From Nitrospiraceae bacterium (GTDB lineage: Bacteria > Nitrospirota > Nitrospiria > Nitrospirales > Nitrospiraceae): DNA of 64,000 nt. Shown here in pieces: positions 22,698 through 32,838 of the stretch. The position numbers and the translations under genes are program-made. The notes under the pieces were generated by a model. It made no database searches and was not told where the DNA came from. It saw nothing but the letters and a program-made list of their open reading frames with translations. The stretch covers positions 257,127-321,126 of the forward strand of contig JBFWWG010000004.1 of the NCBI GenBank assembly GCA_050246315.1, written 5' to 3'. The first letter of the stretch is position 1, and every line of letters begins with the position of its first letter.

Positions 22698-24157
22698 AAG
22701 CCAAAATCCTCGTCGTCGACGACGATCCCGATATCCTGGTGATGCTTCAGGATCGCCTGGAGGCCGGCGGGTATCAGGTCACGACGGCGAAAGACGGCCG
22801 CCGCGCACTCGAACTCATCGAGCAGGAGCCGCCGAATCTGGTCTTACTCGACATCGAGATCCCCTATCTGACCGGATTGGACGTCCTGCGGCGCATGGGA
22901 CAGACCAAGCCGGGGCAGACTTCTATCGAGGCCTCCTCGACGAACCGGCATCTGCCCGGGGATCTGGACCCGCCCGTCATCGTCATGACCGCCCACGGCA
23001 CCATCTCCACCGCGGTCGAGGCGATGAAGCTCGGCGCCTACGACTTCCTCACCAAGCCCCTGGACAAGGACCACTTGGCGATCGTGATCCAGAAGGCCAC
23101 GGAGCGGGAATCCTTGCGCCGGCAGGTCGCCGTGCTCCGCGGCGAGATCGACAGCCGATATTCCACCATCGTCGGCAGCAGTCCGAAATTCACCGCAATC
23201 ATCGAGGGTGCCAAGCGGGCGGCCAACTCGGACGCCAGCGTGTTACTGTTGGGCGAAAGCGGGACCGGGAAGGAACTCTTCGCGCGTTCCATTCATCAAT
23301 GGAGCCCGCGCCGTCAGCATCCGTTGGTGGTCATCAACTGCGTGGCCTTGACGGAAACACTCTTGGAGAACGAATTGTTCGGCCACGAGCGTGGCGCCTT
23401 TACGGGGGCCGACCGGTTGTACAAGGGCAAGATCGAGATGGCGGATGGCGGCACCGTCTTTCTCGATGAAATCGGGGACATGTCGCTGCCGCTCCAGGCG
23501 AAGCTCCTGCGCGTATTGCAGGACCGGGAGTTTCAGCGAGTGGGCAGCACCAAGACGATTTCCGTCAACATCCGGGTGATCGCCGCGACCAACAGAGATT
23601 TGAAGCTGGCCGTGAAGGCCGGCCAATTCCGGGAAGATCTCTATTTCCGGTTGAACGTGATCAACTTCACCCTTCCACCGCTGCGCGAGCGCCCAGACGA
23701 CATCCCGGCACTCTCTGAGTTTTTCCTGAAACGCCACAGCCTTGAATCGAAGCAGACGGGTATGAAGTTGAGTGCCTCGGCGAAATCGGCCATGCAGAGC
23801 TATGCCTGGCCCGGGAACATCCGGGAACTCGACAACACGATCGCGCGGGCGGTGGTCCTGAGCCCCTCCGAAGAGATCGAGCCGGAATCATTGGGACTGA
23901 CGCCGACCGAGCCGGTCCATCCGCCGGCTCCCGGACGCGAGGCCTCGGACCAGGGTTCCGCACAGACCATCCAATACGTGAATCTGCCGTACCATCAATC
24001 GATGGAAGAGCACAGCCGCACGTTGATCTTGCGCGCGCTGAAACAGTCGGGCGGCAACCAGACCAAGGCCGCCGAACAGCTTCACCTACAGCGCACCTAC
24101 CTGGCCCGCCTCATGAGACAGAAGAATCTCGACAAGGAACTGCCGACCGACAGTTAG
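22694..24157 (+). CDS. Sigma54-dependent response regulator (NtrC/AtoC-type)
   Basis: REC domain (ILVVDDD), GESGTGKE, GAFTGA, FLDEIG, WPGNIREL and Fis-type HTH. Confidence 0.93.
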   Translation: MKAKILVVDDDPDILVMLQDRLEAGGYQVTTAKDGRRALELIEQEPPNLVLLDIEIPYLTGLDVLRRMGQTKPGQTSIEASSTNRHLPGDLDPPVIVMTAHGTISTAVEAMKLGAYDFLTKPLDKDHLAIVIQKATERESLRRQVAVLRGEIDSRYSTIVGSSPKFTAIIEGAKRAANSDASVLLLGESGTGKELFARSIHQWSPRRQHPLVVINCVALTETLLENELFGHERGAFTGADRLYKGKIEMADGGTVFLDEIGDMSLPLQAKLLRVLQDREFQRVGSTKTISVNIRVIAATNRDLKLAVKAGQFREDLYFRLNVINFTLPPLRERPDDIPALSEFFLKRHSLESKQTGMKLSASAKSAMQSYAWPGNIRELDNTIARAVVLSPSEEIEPESLGLTPTEPVHPPAPGREASDQGSAQTIQYVNLPYHQSMEEHSRTLILRALKQSGGNQTKAAEQLHLQRTYLARLMRQKNLDKELPTDS

Positions 24158-24217
24158 AGCCCTCCGTTCCCGCCAAGGTCCGCTACACGATCCACCTCAC
24201 GCTTGTGAACCATTCTG

Positions 24218-24979
24218 TTATTGGGTTGGAGTATGGGCGGGCGACGCATCGTTGCGCGCAGCCAGGGAGATGCGTCCGTTCGCAACGTCCCGTTCGGCCT
24301 GTGCATACCGTTCGGGCGTGCCGATGTCGGACCAGTAGCCGGTTAAATCGAATCCCAGCACCGGTTCGTCTCGCGCGATCGCGCTCAGATACGCCTCGAT
24401 GATCGAGGACGGTTGCCCGGCCCGCAAGGAGCGGAGCAGGCGGGGATGCAGCAGATGAACGCCGGCGAACATACGCGGGAAGCTCTCCTCCCGGCTCTCC
24501 CGGCCCTGGCCGTTGATGCGAAGGATGCGGCGGGCACCGTCGATTTCGACGAGGCCCCATTGTGCCGCATCGGGATCCTCCCGCAACACCAGCGTGGCGG
24601 CAGCCTCCCGCACCTGATGAAATTCCACGAGCTCGCTGAGATCCAACTCGAACAGGGTGTCGCCGTTCAGAACCAGTCCCGGCCTGCCGTTGAAGAACGA
24701 TTCCACCTGCTTAATGCCCCCTCCGGTTCCCAAGATCACGGGCTCGCGCGAATAACTGATCCGCATGCCGAACCGCCCGCCGTCGCCGAGGGCATGTTCG
24801 ATGAGCGGACCCAGATGATGCAGATTGATGACCACCTCGCGAAACCCATGGCGCCGCAGCAACAAGAGGTTCCAGACGATGAGCGGCGTGCCCCCGACCG
24901 GCAGGAGCGGCTTCGGAACCGTGTTGGTCAGCGGCCGCATGCGGGTCCCGAGACCGGCCGCCAGGATCATGGCTTTCAT
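24218..24979 (-). CDS. murU: Nucleotidyltransferase, MurU-like
   Basis: MKAMILAAGLGTRMRPLT..PKPL, LNGD, WSDIGT. Lies downstream of an AmgK-like kinase. Confidence 0.75.
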   Translation of the reverse strand: MKAMILAAGLGTRMRPLTNTVPKPLLPVGGTPLIVWNLLLLRRHGFREVVINLHHLGPLIEHALGDGGRFGMRISYSREPVILGTGGGIKQVESFFNGRPGLVLNGDTLFELDLSELVEFHQVREAAATLVLREDPDAAQWGLVEIDGARRILRINGQGRESREESFPRMFAGVHLLHPRLLRSLRAGQPSSIIEAYLSAIARDEPVLGFDLTGYWSDIGTPERYAQAERDVANGRISLAARNDASPAHTPTQ

Positions 24980-24986
24980 GGGGAAG

Positions 24987-25087
24987 TGCTCAGTGCTGGA
25001 TGCTGAGTGCTGAGTGCTCAGTGCTGAGTATGATCAGAGTTGATTCGTCCATTGATCGCCTTCCGGCTCAGCACTCCGGACTCAGCA
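24987..25087. repeat. TGCTGAG heptamer array with an inverted CTCAGCA arm
   Basis: Six units at exact 7-nt period (24987-25028), inverted units at 25067-25087. Confidence 0.8.
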
Positions 25088-25102
25088 TTCGTCCCGGAAC
25101 TG

Positions 25103-26215
25103 CTACTGCAGTTCCGGGACGTAGGGAGCGAGATGCTTCCGCAACACCGCCAATTCGGGATACGTCTCCAAATTTCTCCGCACGTACCCCAGTACACGAG
25201 GAATATCCGCCAGAAATTTCGGATTGTGCTTCACCCGATCAATGTACACAAACCGTCCCGCCGCCTTGAGATTGCGCTGGATGCTGGTGAGGTCGAAGGC
25301 TCGTCGAAAACCCCGCCGATCGATCCCGAAGGTCGCATGATCCGTGAAACGCTCCAAGTAGTGACTCACCAGCTCGTCCACGACTTCCTCGTCGAGCTGG
25401 ATGTAGGCATCGCGCAGGAGGGACGCGAGATCGTAAGCAGCCGGTCCCATCAGCGCATCTTGAAAGTCAATGACCCCGAGACGAACACCGTCCACCATCA
25501 GATTGCGCGAATGGTAATCGCGGTGTGTGAACACACGGGGCTGCCCTGCAACGAACTCGGCGATGTTGCGAAACTCGGCATGGATGAGTGGATAGTCCTC
25601 GGAACACATCGGCTTGCCATTTCTCGCCACCACGCCATATTCCAGGAAATGCTCGAATTCCCACATCAGCAAGGCCGGATCGAAGGATCGATGGAACACG
25701 ATACAGCCGGGGTCATTTGGCGCCGTCGCGCGGGAATGGATACGGACCAGCTCATCGACGGCCTGTTTGTAACAAGCCACCAGATCCGCCGCGCTTGCCT
25801 GCTGACAGGTTTCCATCAGCGTCTGGTCTCCAAAATCTTCAAGATAAAGGAGCCCGGCAACCTGATCGTAGTAATACAGCGTGGGAACCGAGACCTTCGC
25901 CTTCGCCAGATGACGTAGGACATTCACGAACGGCAACTCGCGGATTTGATGGCCTCCTCCGCTCACCGCTTCCTCGGAGGCTTTGAAGGCTTCCGGCTCG
26001 GCAAGTTGCATCAGGATCACTGAGGCTGGACGGCCGGCGCCCTCACCGACAAGGCGGATACGGAAGTACCGGCGATTTGAGGCGTCGCCGGCCAGCGGCG
26101 CCAGGGCGCCGAACCGAGCAGGAAAAGGCAGCTTAGTCTGAACGCTGGCTTCGACGAGTTGGTGGTCGGGCGGAGCGAGCGGCGCTGCCGGCGCCGAAGG
26201 ATTGGTCATCCCCAT
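25103..26215 (-). CDS. amgK: Anomeric MurNAc/GlcNAc kinase-like phosphotransferase (start 26215 or 26209)
   Basis: LAGDASNRRYFR, LEDFGD, HRDYHSRNLM, IDFQDA..GP..YDLASLL, QRNLKAAG.F. Confidence 0.8.
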   Translation of the reverse strand: MGMTNPSAPAAPLAPPDHQLVEASVQTKLPFPARFGALAPLAGDASNRRYFRIRLVGEGAGRPASVILMQLAEPEAFKASEEAVSGGGHQIRELPFVNVLRHLAKAKVSVPTLYYYDQVAGLLYLEDFGDQTLMETCQQASAADLVACYKQAVDELVRIHSRATAPNDPGCIVFHRSFDPALLMWEFEHFLEYGVVARNGKPMCSEDYPLIHAEFRNIAEFVAGQPRVFTHRDYHSRNLMVDGVRLGVIDFQDALMGPAAYDLASLLRDAYIQLDEEVVDELVSHYLERFTDHATFGIDRRGFRRAFDLTSIQRNLKAAGRFVYIDRVKHNPKFLADIPRVLGYVRRNLETYPELAVLRKHLAPYVPELQ

Positions 26216-26346
26216 ACCGTCGCGCATTATACCTGAACGGCCGTCGTTCACGAACAGGACTGCAAAATCAGACGGAAGGCCGAACGGACTCACTGCGGCG
26301 ATGGCGGAGGCTGGTAGATGGGCCGGTCGGCACGGAGAGAGAAGCG

Positions 26347-26391
26347 GAACCGCCTTCGGGCATCAACCGATGCCCGAAGGCCGGTTCATTT
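26347..26391. terminator. Strong hairpin just after the helicase stop
   Basis: GCCTTCGGGCATC-AACC-GATGCCCGAAGGC stem, extended by GAACC/GGTTC. Confidence 0.7.
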
Positions 26392-26399
26392 TCTATGGT

Positions 26400-27935
26400 T
26401 CAGTTGCCGGATTTCGGCTGTATGAACAGTCGGCGAGGACGCCTAGGCTGATGGCCCGGACCTGCCGCATGCGCATGGGGCCGTGGCGCGTGATCTTGAT
26501 GCATCTGGCTCTGTTGCGAAAACCCCCTCGGCTGTGACTGGCCTGTCCGACCGGCTTCAGCCACCCGGTTGCCATCAACCGGCCGGTTGAACTCACGCCG
26601 ATGCTGACCATCACCGCGACGGTGCGATTCGTCCATCCGATGCGCCTCGTGCCTCTTGGGTCCACCGGCACCATAGCCGGGACGGCCTCCTCCCCGATGA
26701 CCCGAGCCGCGACCGGAACCGGTCCCATGGGACTGAGGCGGCGGGCTCCCCGCCGCACGTGGCACCGGTCGGCCGAGCAGCTTCTCGATCGCCCGAAGCT
26801 GAAAGTGATCCTCACCCGTCACGAAGCTGGTCGCGCGCCCGATCGCCTTCATGCGGCCGGTCCGCCCGATCCGGTGCACATAGTCCTCAGGCGTATTCGG
26901 CAAGTCGAAATTGACCACATGACCGATGTTCGCCACGTCGATCCCGCGCGCCGCAATGTCGGTCGCCACGAGAATACGGTAGGTTCCACGCCGAAATCCT
27001 TCCAGCGCCGCACGACGCTGCGAGAGACGCCGCCCCGCGTGCAGCACCGCCACCCGGTGGCCCTTGTGTTCGAGCGCGGTTCCCAGCCGGTCCGCCCGAT
27101 GTTTGGTGCGCGTGAAAACCAGCACGCTGCCAGCCGGGTCCTGGATGAGATTCAACAGCAAATTGATCTTGTCGTCATGCGTCGTATGGTGCACCTCGTG
27201 AGTGACCGTGTGGGCCGCCGTAGCCGGCGGATTCACCATCACCTTGACGGGATTCTTCAACCCTGCCCGGGCCAACCCATCGAGATCCTCCGGCATCGTC
27301 GCAGAAAACAGCATCGTCTGCCGCTCCGGAGACAGGGCATCCAGAATCTGATTAAGCTGCGGCGCGAAGCCCATGTCGAGCATCCGGTCCGCTTCATCCA
27401 AGACCACGATCGTGAAATGTGCCAGGTTCACCGTCCCGTTCCACATATGATCGAGCAAGCGGCCCGGCGTCGCCACGACGATGGTCGGACGCTGGTGCAG
27501 CCCGCGCACCTGGATGCGGAGGTCTTCCCCTCCGATCAGGGCGGTCGCAGAGACCCGGCGGCTGCGTCCGAGCAAGCCGATCGTCCGTTGAATTTGAAAA
27601 GCCAGCTCACGAGTCGGAGTCAGGATCAACCCGCGCGGCGGGCCGACAGGCCCGCCGGCTAGTCGCTCGACCATCGGGATCACGAACGCGGCCGTCTTGC
27701 CGGTTCCGGTCTGGGCACAGCCGAGCAGGTCGCGGCCGGCGAGCCCCGAGGGAATGGCCTTGGCCTGAATGGGCGTCGGGTCTGTGAATTTCGCCTGGGC
27801 CAGATCCCGCAACAGGGCTTCGGAAATTCCCAGCGACTGGAACGTAACCGTTCCGTCCGGCCCCGGCTGGGTCGGCGCGATCGATTCATCGGAGGTGGAA
27901 GGCACAGTGGTAGAAACGGAAGAAGAAGTCAACAC
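26400..27935 (-). CDS. DEAD-box RNA helicase (RhlE-like)
   Basis: AQTGTGKT, PTRELA, TPGRL, DEAD, SAT, ARGID, HRIGRTGR and a basic Gly/Arg-rich tail. Confidence 0.95.
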   Translation of the reverse strand: MLTSSSVSTTVPSTSDESIAPTQPGPDGTVTFQSLGISEALLRDLAQAKFTDPTPIQAKAIPSGLAGRDLLGCAQTGTGKTAAFVIPMVERLAGGPVGPPRGLILTPTRELAFQIQRTIGLLGRSRRVSATALIGGEDLRIQVRGLHQRPTIVVATPGRLLDHMWNGTVNLAHFTIVVLDEADRMLDMGFAPQLNQILDALSPERQTMLFSATMPEDLDGLARAGLKNPVKVMVNPPATAAHTVTHEVHHTTHDDKINLLLNLIQDPAGSVLVFTRTKHRADRLGTALEHKGHRVAVLHAGRRLSQRRAALEGFRRGTYRILVATDIAARGIDVANIGHVVNFDLPNTPEDYVHRIGRTGRMKAIGRATSFVTGEDHFQLRAIEKLLGRPVPRAAGSPPPQSHGTGSGRGSGHRGGGRPGYGAGGPKRHEAHRMDESHRRGDGQHRREFNRPVDGNRVAEAGRTGQSQPRGFSQQSQMHQDHAPRPHAHAAGPGHQPRRPRRLFIQPKSGN

Positions 27936-28179
27936 AGAACACTCCTTGGTGAATGTGAGGCAGGATGCTACGCGGGCACAAGAGCGGATCAGCGGATCGC
28001 TCGGAGACGCACCCTTGAGAACCCTGCTATGAGCATCGCATGAGACGAGGTCAGAGGATCGAGGGAGGCAGAATCAGAAAGGAGTCCGCTCCGAGGAGGA
28101 TCTGAACGCGCTGCGATGACAAGGCCCGGAATATTTTATGGTTGCACGGTCGCCGGGCCGTCTCGACAGTGATGGGCAC

Positions 28180-28208
28180 ACCATACAGGACAACGCCCTC
28201 CGTGTCAA
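28180..28208 (-). promoter_or_regulatory. Putative sigma70 promoter of the helicase
   Basis: TTGACA-N17-TATGGT. Confidence 0.65.
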
Positions 28209-28235
28209 ATGGGACGACACCTCCGCTGTACCGCA

Positions 28236-28901
28236 TCAGGACCCGACGCGCGTGCCGAACGCGGTGAACAACTCGCCCGTGAGGTAGGGTGTTCTGTCCG
28301 TATCGCGCCGCTTTTTCCGCCGAAGGTAGTCGTTGAGGATCCGACCGTCGTCCGTCTGGTGGACATGTGGATGGGCCAGGTTCATCCGATACCGTTCCAC
28401 AGCGCCGGCAACCCGACTGATAAACAGGACGGTGCCGTCATCCTCGACTCGTTCGACCACGCCGACGTGGGTGAGCGGATCATTGACCGCGCCATCCTCG
28501 TTGGAGTCCCACGTATTGTCGAAGAATACGAGGTCGCCGGCCCGGACCACCGGTCCCTGATGGATGCGGCCATGCCGCCGCACGTGGTGATAGATCAGCC
28601 GGACGCCGTTGGCCTGCCGGGTTTCCTCCGTGTTCTCATACAGGTCGATGCCATGCTTCAGATAGATGGCGCGCGTCACCCCCGCACAGTCATAGGCAAT
28701 CCGCCGCCCGTTCACCTCGACCATACGGGCGCCAACAAGCGAGGCCGCGGTCTGTGCTACTGCCTGCTGTGGAGCAACCGTCTCGCCGGCCATGCAGCAT
28801 CCCCGCGCCGACACACGGACGGATCGATCTCCCGACGGGCCGGCGCAGGCGACCACCGCGATCAGAATCACTGAGCTGAGATGCCGAACGATGCGCGTCA
28901 T
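28236..28901 (-). CDS. NlpC/P60-CHAP-like lipoprotein peptidase
   Basis: Lipobox VVAC, YDCAG, GDLVFF, THVGVV. Confidence 0.8.
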   Translation of the reverse strand: MTRIVRHLSSVILIAVVACAGPSGDRSVRVSARGCCMAGETVAPQQAVAQTAASLVGARMVEVNGRRIAYDCAGVTRAIYLKHGIDLYENTEETRQANGVRLIYHHVRRHGRIHQGPVVRAGDLVFFDNTWDSNEDGAVNDPLTHVGVVERVEDDGTVLFISRVAGAVERYRMNLAHPHVHQTDDGRILNDYLRRKKRRDTDRTPYLTGELFTAFGTRVGS

Positions 28902-29034
28902 GTCTTTACACTGCGATTCAAACCAGTATAGCTAAGCGGAGCCAATATGCACGCCACTTCCCGAAAGCATCCGGCGCCCCTGTCTCCGCTCCGCCCTCTC
29001 GACATTCCCGTGGTCAAGGCCCTATAAGGAGCGC

Positions 29035-30006
29035 ATGGAATACGTGCATCTCGGCCGGGCCGGTGTAAAGGTCAGCCGCCTTTGTCTCGGCACCATGAAC
29101 TTCGGTCCGCTCACGAGCGAGGCCGACAGCTTCGCCATCATGGATCGGGCGCTGGAATTGGGGATCAATTTTTTTGACACCGCCAACGTCTACGGGTGGA
29201 AGCTCGGCGAAGGGGTGACGGAACAGATCGTCGGGCGTTGGATTGCACAGAGTCAGGGACGGCGCGAGAAGGTCGTATTGGCGACCAAGGTGTTCGGCCG
29301 CATGGGGGACTGGCCGAATCACTCACGACTCTCGGCACTTCATATCAAGCGGGCCTGCGAGGACAGCCTGCGCCGTCTCCAGACCGATCATCTTGACCTC
29401 TACCAGATGCACCATGTCGATCGGGAATCGCCCTGGGAGGAAATCTGGCAAGCCATGGAGCAGCTCGTCCGCGAAGGGAAAATTCTCTACGTGGGCAGCA
29501 GCAACTTCGCGGGGTGGCACCTGGCACGGGCGCAGGAACTCGCGGCAGGTCGGAACTTCCTGGGCCTCGTCTCGGAACAGAGCCTCTACAACCTCCACGA
29601 ACGGACGATCGAGTTGGAAGTGATTCCGGCCTGCGAGGCCTACGGCATCGGTCTGATCCCCTGGAGTCCGCTAGCGAGAGGGTTGCTGGCCGGGGCCTTG
29701 CAGCCGGTTTCGTCGGGTCGTCGCGCCGACGACGACCTTCGCAAGGAAGTCGAAAGCAACCGCGCGCGACTGGAAGACTATGAAACGCTCTGCGCCCAAC
29801 TCGGAGAGCGGCCAGCCGATGTGGCCTTGGCCTGGCTGCTCCAGCAGCCGGCCGTGACCGCGCCGATCATCGGTCCCCGCACCCTGGATCAACTGAACGG
29901 ATCGATGCGAGCCCTGGCCTTGTCGCTGACCCAGGCCCACCTCAAGCGCCTGGACGAGATCTTTCCCGGACCGGGAGGGCGGGCGCCTGAGGCCTACGCC
30001 TGGTGA
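29035..30006 (+). CDS. Aldo/keto reductase
   Basis: LCLGTMNFG, FFDTANVYG, DLYQMH, WSPLARG, PIIGP. Confidence 0.93.
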   Translation: MEYVHLGRAGVKVSRLCLGTMNFGPLTSEADSFAIMDRALELGINFFDTANVYGWKLGEGVTEQIVGRWIAQSQGRREKVVLATKVFGRMGDWPNHSRLSALHIKRACEDSLRRLQTDHLDLYQMHHVDRESPWEEIWQAMEQLVREGKILYVGSSNFAGWHLARAQELAAGRNFLGLVSEQSLYNLHERTIELEVIPACEAYGIGLIPWSPLARGLLAGALQPVSSGRRADDDLRKEVESNRARLEDYETLCAQLGERPADVALAWLLQQPAVTAPIIGPRTLDQLNGSMRALALSLTQAHLKRLDEIFPGPGGRAPEAYAW

Positions 30007-30436
30007 CATCAGACGATGCCGTCATGCGCCGCCACCACACCGCAGCCAGCGCCGCCCCGACGGCAGCTCCCATCGCATCGGCCGTCAGATCCCACGGATC
30101 GGCTTCTCGGGGCGGGACGAGGACTTGATGGAGTTCATCGCTCACCCCATACATCGTCGCCGTCAGGATCGACAGCCATAGGGCGTGCTGCGCTCCCCAT
30201 TGGCCTGCCGCCCGCCGGAAGGCCCGGTAGCACAGCGCTCCCAAGACGCCGTATTCGATCAGGTGCAACACCTTGTCGCTGATCCCGCTCAGGAACGAAG
30301 GCAGGTCATTCTCCGGATGGGGTAACGTCGAGAGCAGGAAAATGACTCCGGCATACACGACCGGCGGGACCCAATAGCCAATGAGGCGAGCCGTATCGAG
30401 CGGCGGGGTTGGAGCCGCCGCCTTGTCCCGAGTCAT
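29942..30436 (-). CDS. VanZ-like membrane protein (3' end overlaps the AKR gene)
   Basis: DKVLHLIEYGVLG, YGVSDELHQ..VP.R....DL.AD. Confidence 0.8.
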   Translation of the reverse strand: MTRDKAAAPTPPLDTARLIGYWVPPVVYAGVIFLLSTLPHPENDLPSFLSGISDKVLHLIEYGVLGALCYRAFRRAAGQWGAQHALWLSILTATMYGVSDELHQVLVPPREADPWDLTADAMGAAVGAALAAVWWRRMTASSDVTRRRPQAPALPVRERSRPGA

Positions 30437-30528
30437 TGATCGCGACCTCTATTGTCGAACAATTGCGGACTTGCTAGGCGCATGACATACTCCACTTCAG
30501 CCTCCCGAACAACGAAAAAGGGCCGGAT

Positions 30529-32730
30529 ATGAAACGCGCCGCGCTGTGCTTCCTCTGGCACATGCATCAACCCTACTATACCGATCCGGTCACGAAATCG
30601 GCGAGCATGCCCTGGGTACGGCTCCACGCCACCAAGGCGTATTTCGACATGGCCTACCTGCTCGATCGGTTTCCTCACATCTCCGCCACCTTCAACTTTA
30701 CGCCGTCGCTGCTCATGCAGTTGGAAGAGCTGACCGCCGGCACGATTACGGACGTCTTTCTGGAGCATGCGAGGAAACCGGCTGCGGAATTGTCTCCGGA
30801 GGAACGCGCCTTCGTGATCCGTCATTTTTTTGCGGCCAATTGGGCCACCATGGTGCGCCCGGCCCTACGCTATCAGGAACTCCTGGTCAAGCGCGGGTTG
30901 CAGGTGGCCCCGCAGGACCTCGAGCCGCTAGCCAAGCGGTTTACGATACAGGACCTGCTCGAATTGCAGGTCTGGCATAACCTCGCCTGGTTCGGCTACG
31001 GCGAGCTGCACCGGTTTCCCCACCTGGCCGAACTACGGGAAAAAGGACGGGGATTTTCTGAACAGGATAAGGCCGACGTGTTGGATCTTCAGTTCGCCGT
31101 CATGCGCGAGGTCGTGCCCTCGTATCGGACGCTGGCAGCGCGCGGCCAAATCGAACTCACGACGAGCCCGTTCTACCACCCGATCCTGCCGTTGCTGATC
31201 GATACCGAGATTGCCCGGCGCTCGCTGCCACACCTCCCAGCTTTGCCGCAGATCAAGGCTCCGACGGATGCGGAGACTCAGATCCAAAAGGCCGTCGAGT
31301 ATCACCGGCGCGTCTTCGGTGAATCCCCCAAAGGCCTGTGGCCGTCTGAGGGCTCAGTCTGCCCGGAGTTGGTCCCCCTTCTCCACCAAGCCGGCCTCCG
31401 TTGGTTCGCCACGGACGAAGGGATCCTCGCCCGATCGATCGAGATGCAGCAGGGGCCCTGGCATCGTTCGGTCATGCTCTATCAACCCTATGAGATCGAG
31501 TTCCAGGGCCGAAGCCTCCACGCGGTCTTCCGCGACCGGGATTTTTCCGACGCCTTCGGTTTTCGCTACCATCGGACCTTGCCGCAACTCGCCTTGGAAG
31601 ATGTCATCCGTCGGCTCCGCACGATTCCGCACGAATCGCCTCGGGAAGACCTCCTGATCCCGGTCATCCTCGACGGCGAAAACCCCTGGGAGCATTACCA
31701 TGACGGCGGCGAGGAGTTCCTCTCGTTGCTGTACCAGAAACTGACTGCACAGGCTGCCGACGAGCCGGGCCACTTCGAGATCCGGACCAAGACCCTGTCC
31801 GACGCGCTGACCTCCAGTCCCGTTCCGGCCAAGCTATCCCATGTGCATTCCGGCTCATGGATCAATGCCGATTTCACGATTTGGATCGGCCATGAGGAGG
31901 ATCAGCGCGGCTGGGAATTGTTGCGGCACACCAGGCAGCGACTCGTGGAGGTCTCACCGTCGCTCGATCCTGATATCAGACAGGCGGCCTGGGAAGAGCT
32001 CTATGCCGCGGAAGGGAGCGATTGGTTCTGGTGGTACGGAGACGAATTTGAAACGGATTACAAACTCGAATTCGACCGCCTGTTCCGAGCCCACTTGCGT
32101 AACGTGTGGACCAAAGCCGGCCTCATCGCCCCGGACCACCTGCACCAACCGATCGTCTCGCTTGCCCCGGCTCAGCAGGATCTGGTCGCCATGCCGACCG
32201 CCTTCATTTCGCCCAAGCTCGATGGCATGGTGACGGACTTCTTCGAATGGTACGGAGCCGGCACCCTACGGGTTACTCCGCCGCTCGGCGCCATGTGGAG
32301 CCCCGCCCGGTATTTCGCCCATATCGCCTTCGGCTTCAACCTGGAGACATTGTTTCTGCGACTGGACCCGGACCGTTCCCTGAAGGACCAAGAGCCTCCA
32401 CTGTCCGTCGAGTGGGACATCCACACCAACGGCACCGTCTACAAGGTCACGTTCCCGCTGATTCCTCCGGCCGAAGGTACCTATCTCCTGACCCGCGGCT
32501 CCCCGGGAGAGCCGTTTGAATACGCCAGGGAACTGCCCGGATTGGCGAGACAGCGTATCATCGAAGTCGCCGTCCCCTTCCGTGAGCTTGGGTTGACGGC
32601 CGGCCGATCGTTCACGTTCAGTGTCTTAGTGACGCGGCAGCGGCTGGAGTTGGCGCGCTATCCGCACCAACAACCCGTGATATTGGAAGTGCCCACGTCC
32701 GATTTCGATGCTATGATGTGGCGCGTCTGA
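30529..32730 (+). CDS. Glycoside hydrolase family 57 (amylopullulanase-like)
   Basis: WHMHQP, PWVRLH, HPILPL, WPSEGS, LDGENPWE, AEGSDWFWW. Confidence 0.92.
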   Translation: MKRAALCFLWHMHQPYYTDPVTKSASMPWVRLHATKAYFDMAYLLDRFPHISATFNFTPSLLMQLEELTAGTITDVFLEHARKPAAELSPEERAFVIRHFFAANWATMVRPALRYQELLVKRGLQVAPQDLEPLAKRFTIQDLLELQVWHNLAWFGYGELHRFPHLAELREKGRGFSEQDKADVLDLQFAVMREVVPSYRTLAARGQIELTTSPFYHPILPLLIDTEIARRSLPHLPALPQIKAPTDAETQIQKAVEYHRRVFGESPKGLWPSEGSVCPELVPLLHQAGLRWFATDEGILARSIEMQQGPWHRSVMLYQPYEIEFQGRSLHAVFRDRDFSDAFGFRYHRTLPQLALEDVIRRLRTIPHESPREDLLIPVILDGENPWEHYHDGGEEFLSLLYQKLTAQAADEPGHFEIRTKTLSDALTSSPVPAKLSHVHSGSWINADFTIWIGHEEDQRGWELLRHTRQRLVEVSPSLDPDIRQAAWEELYAAEGSDWFWWYGDEFETDYKLEFDRLFRAHLRNVWTKAGLIAPDHLHQPIVSLAPAQQDLVAMPTAFISPKLDGMVTDFFEWYGAGTLRVTPPLGAMWSPARYFAHIAFGFNLETLFLRLDPDRSLKDQEPPLSVEWDIHTNGTVYKVTFPLIPPAEGTYLLTRGSPGEPFEYARELPGLARQRIIEVAVPFRELGLTAGRSFTFSVLVTRQRLELARYPHQQPVILEVPTSDFDAMMWRV

Positions 32731-32738
32731 GAACACAA

Positions 32739-32815
32739 TGCTGAGTGCTGGGTGCTGAGCGGAACTCGATGAGCAGCGAACCAATCCGTCAAGACCCAGC
32801 ACTCAGAACTCAGCA
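32739..32815. repeat. TGCTGAG heptamer hairpin
   Basis: Three units at 32739-32759 and three inverted units at 32795-32815. Confidence 0.75.
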
Positions 32816-32838
32816 CTAACTAATGGTGGAGAGGAAGA

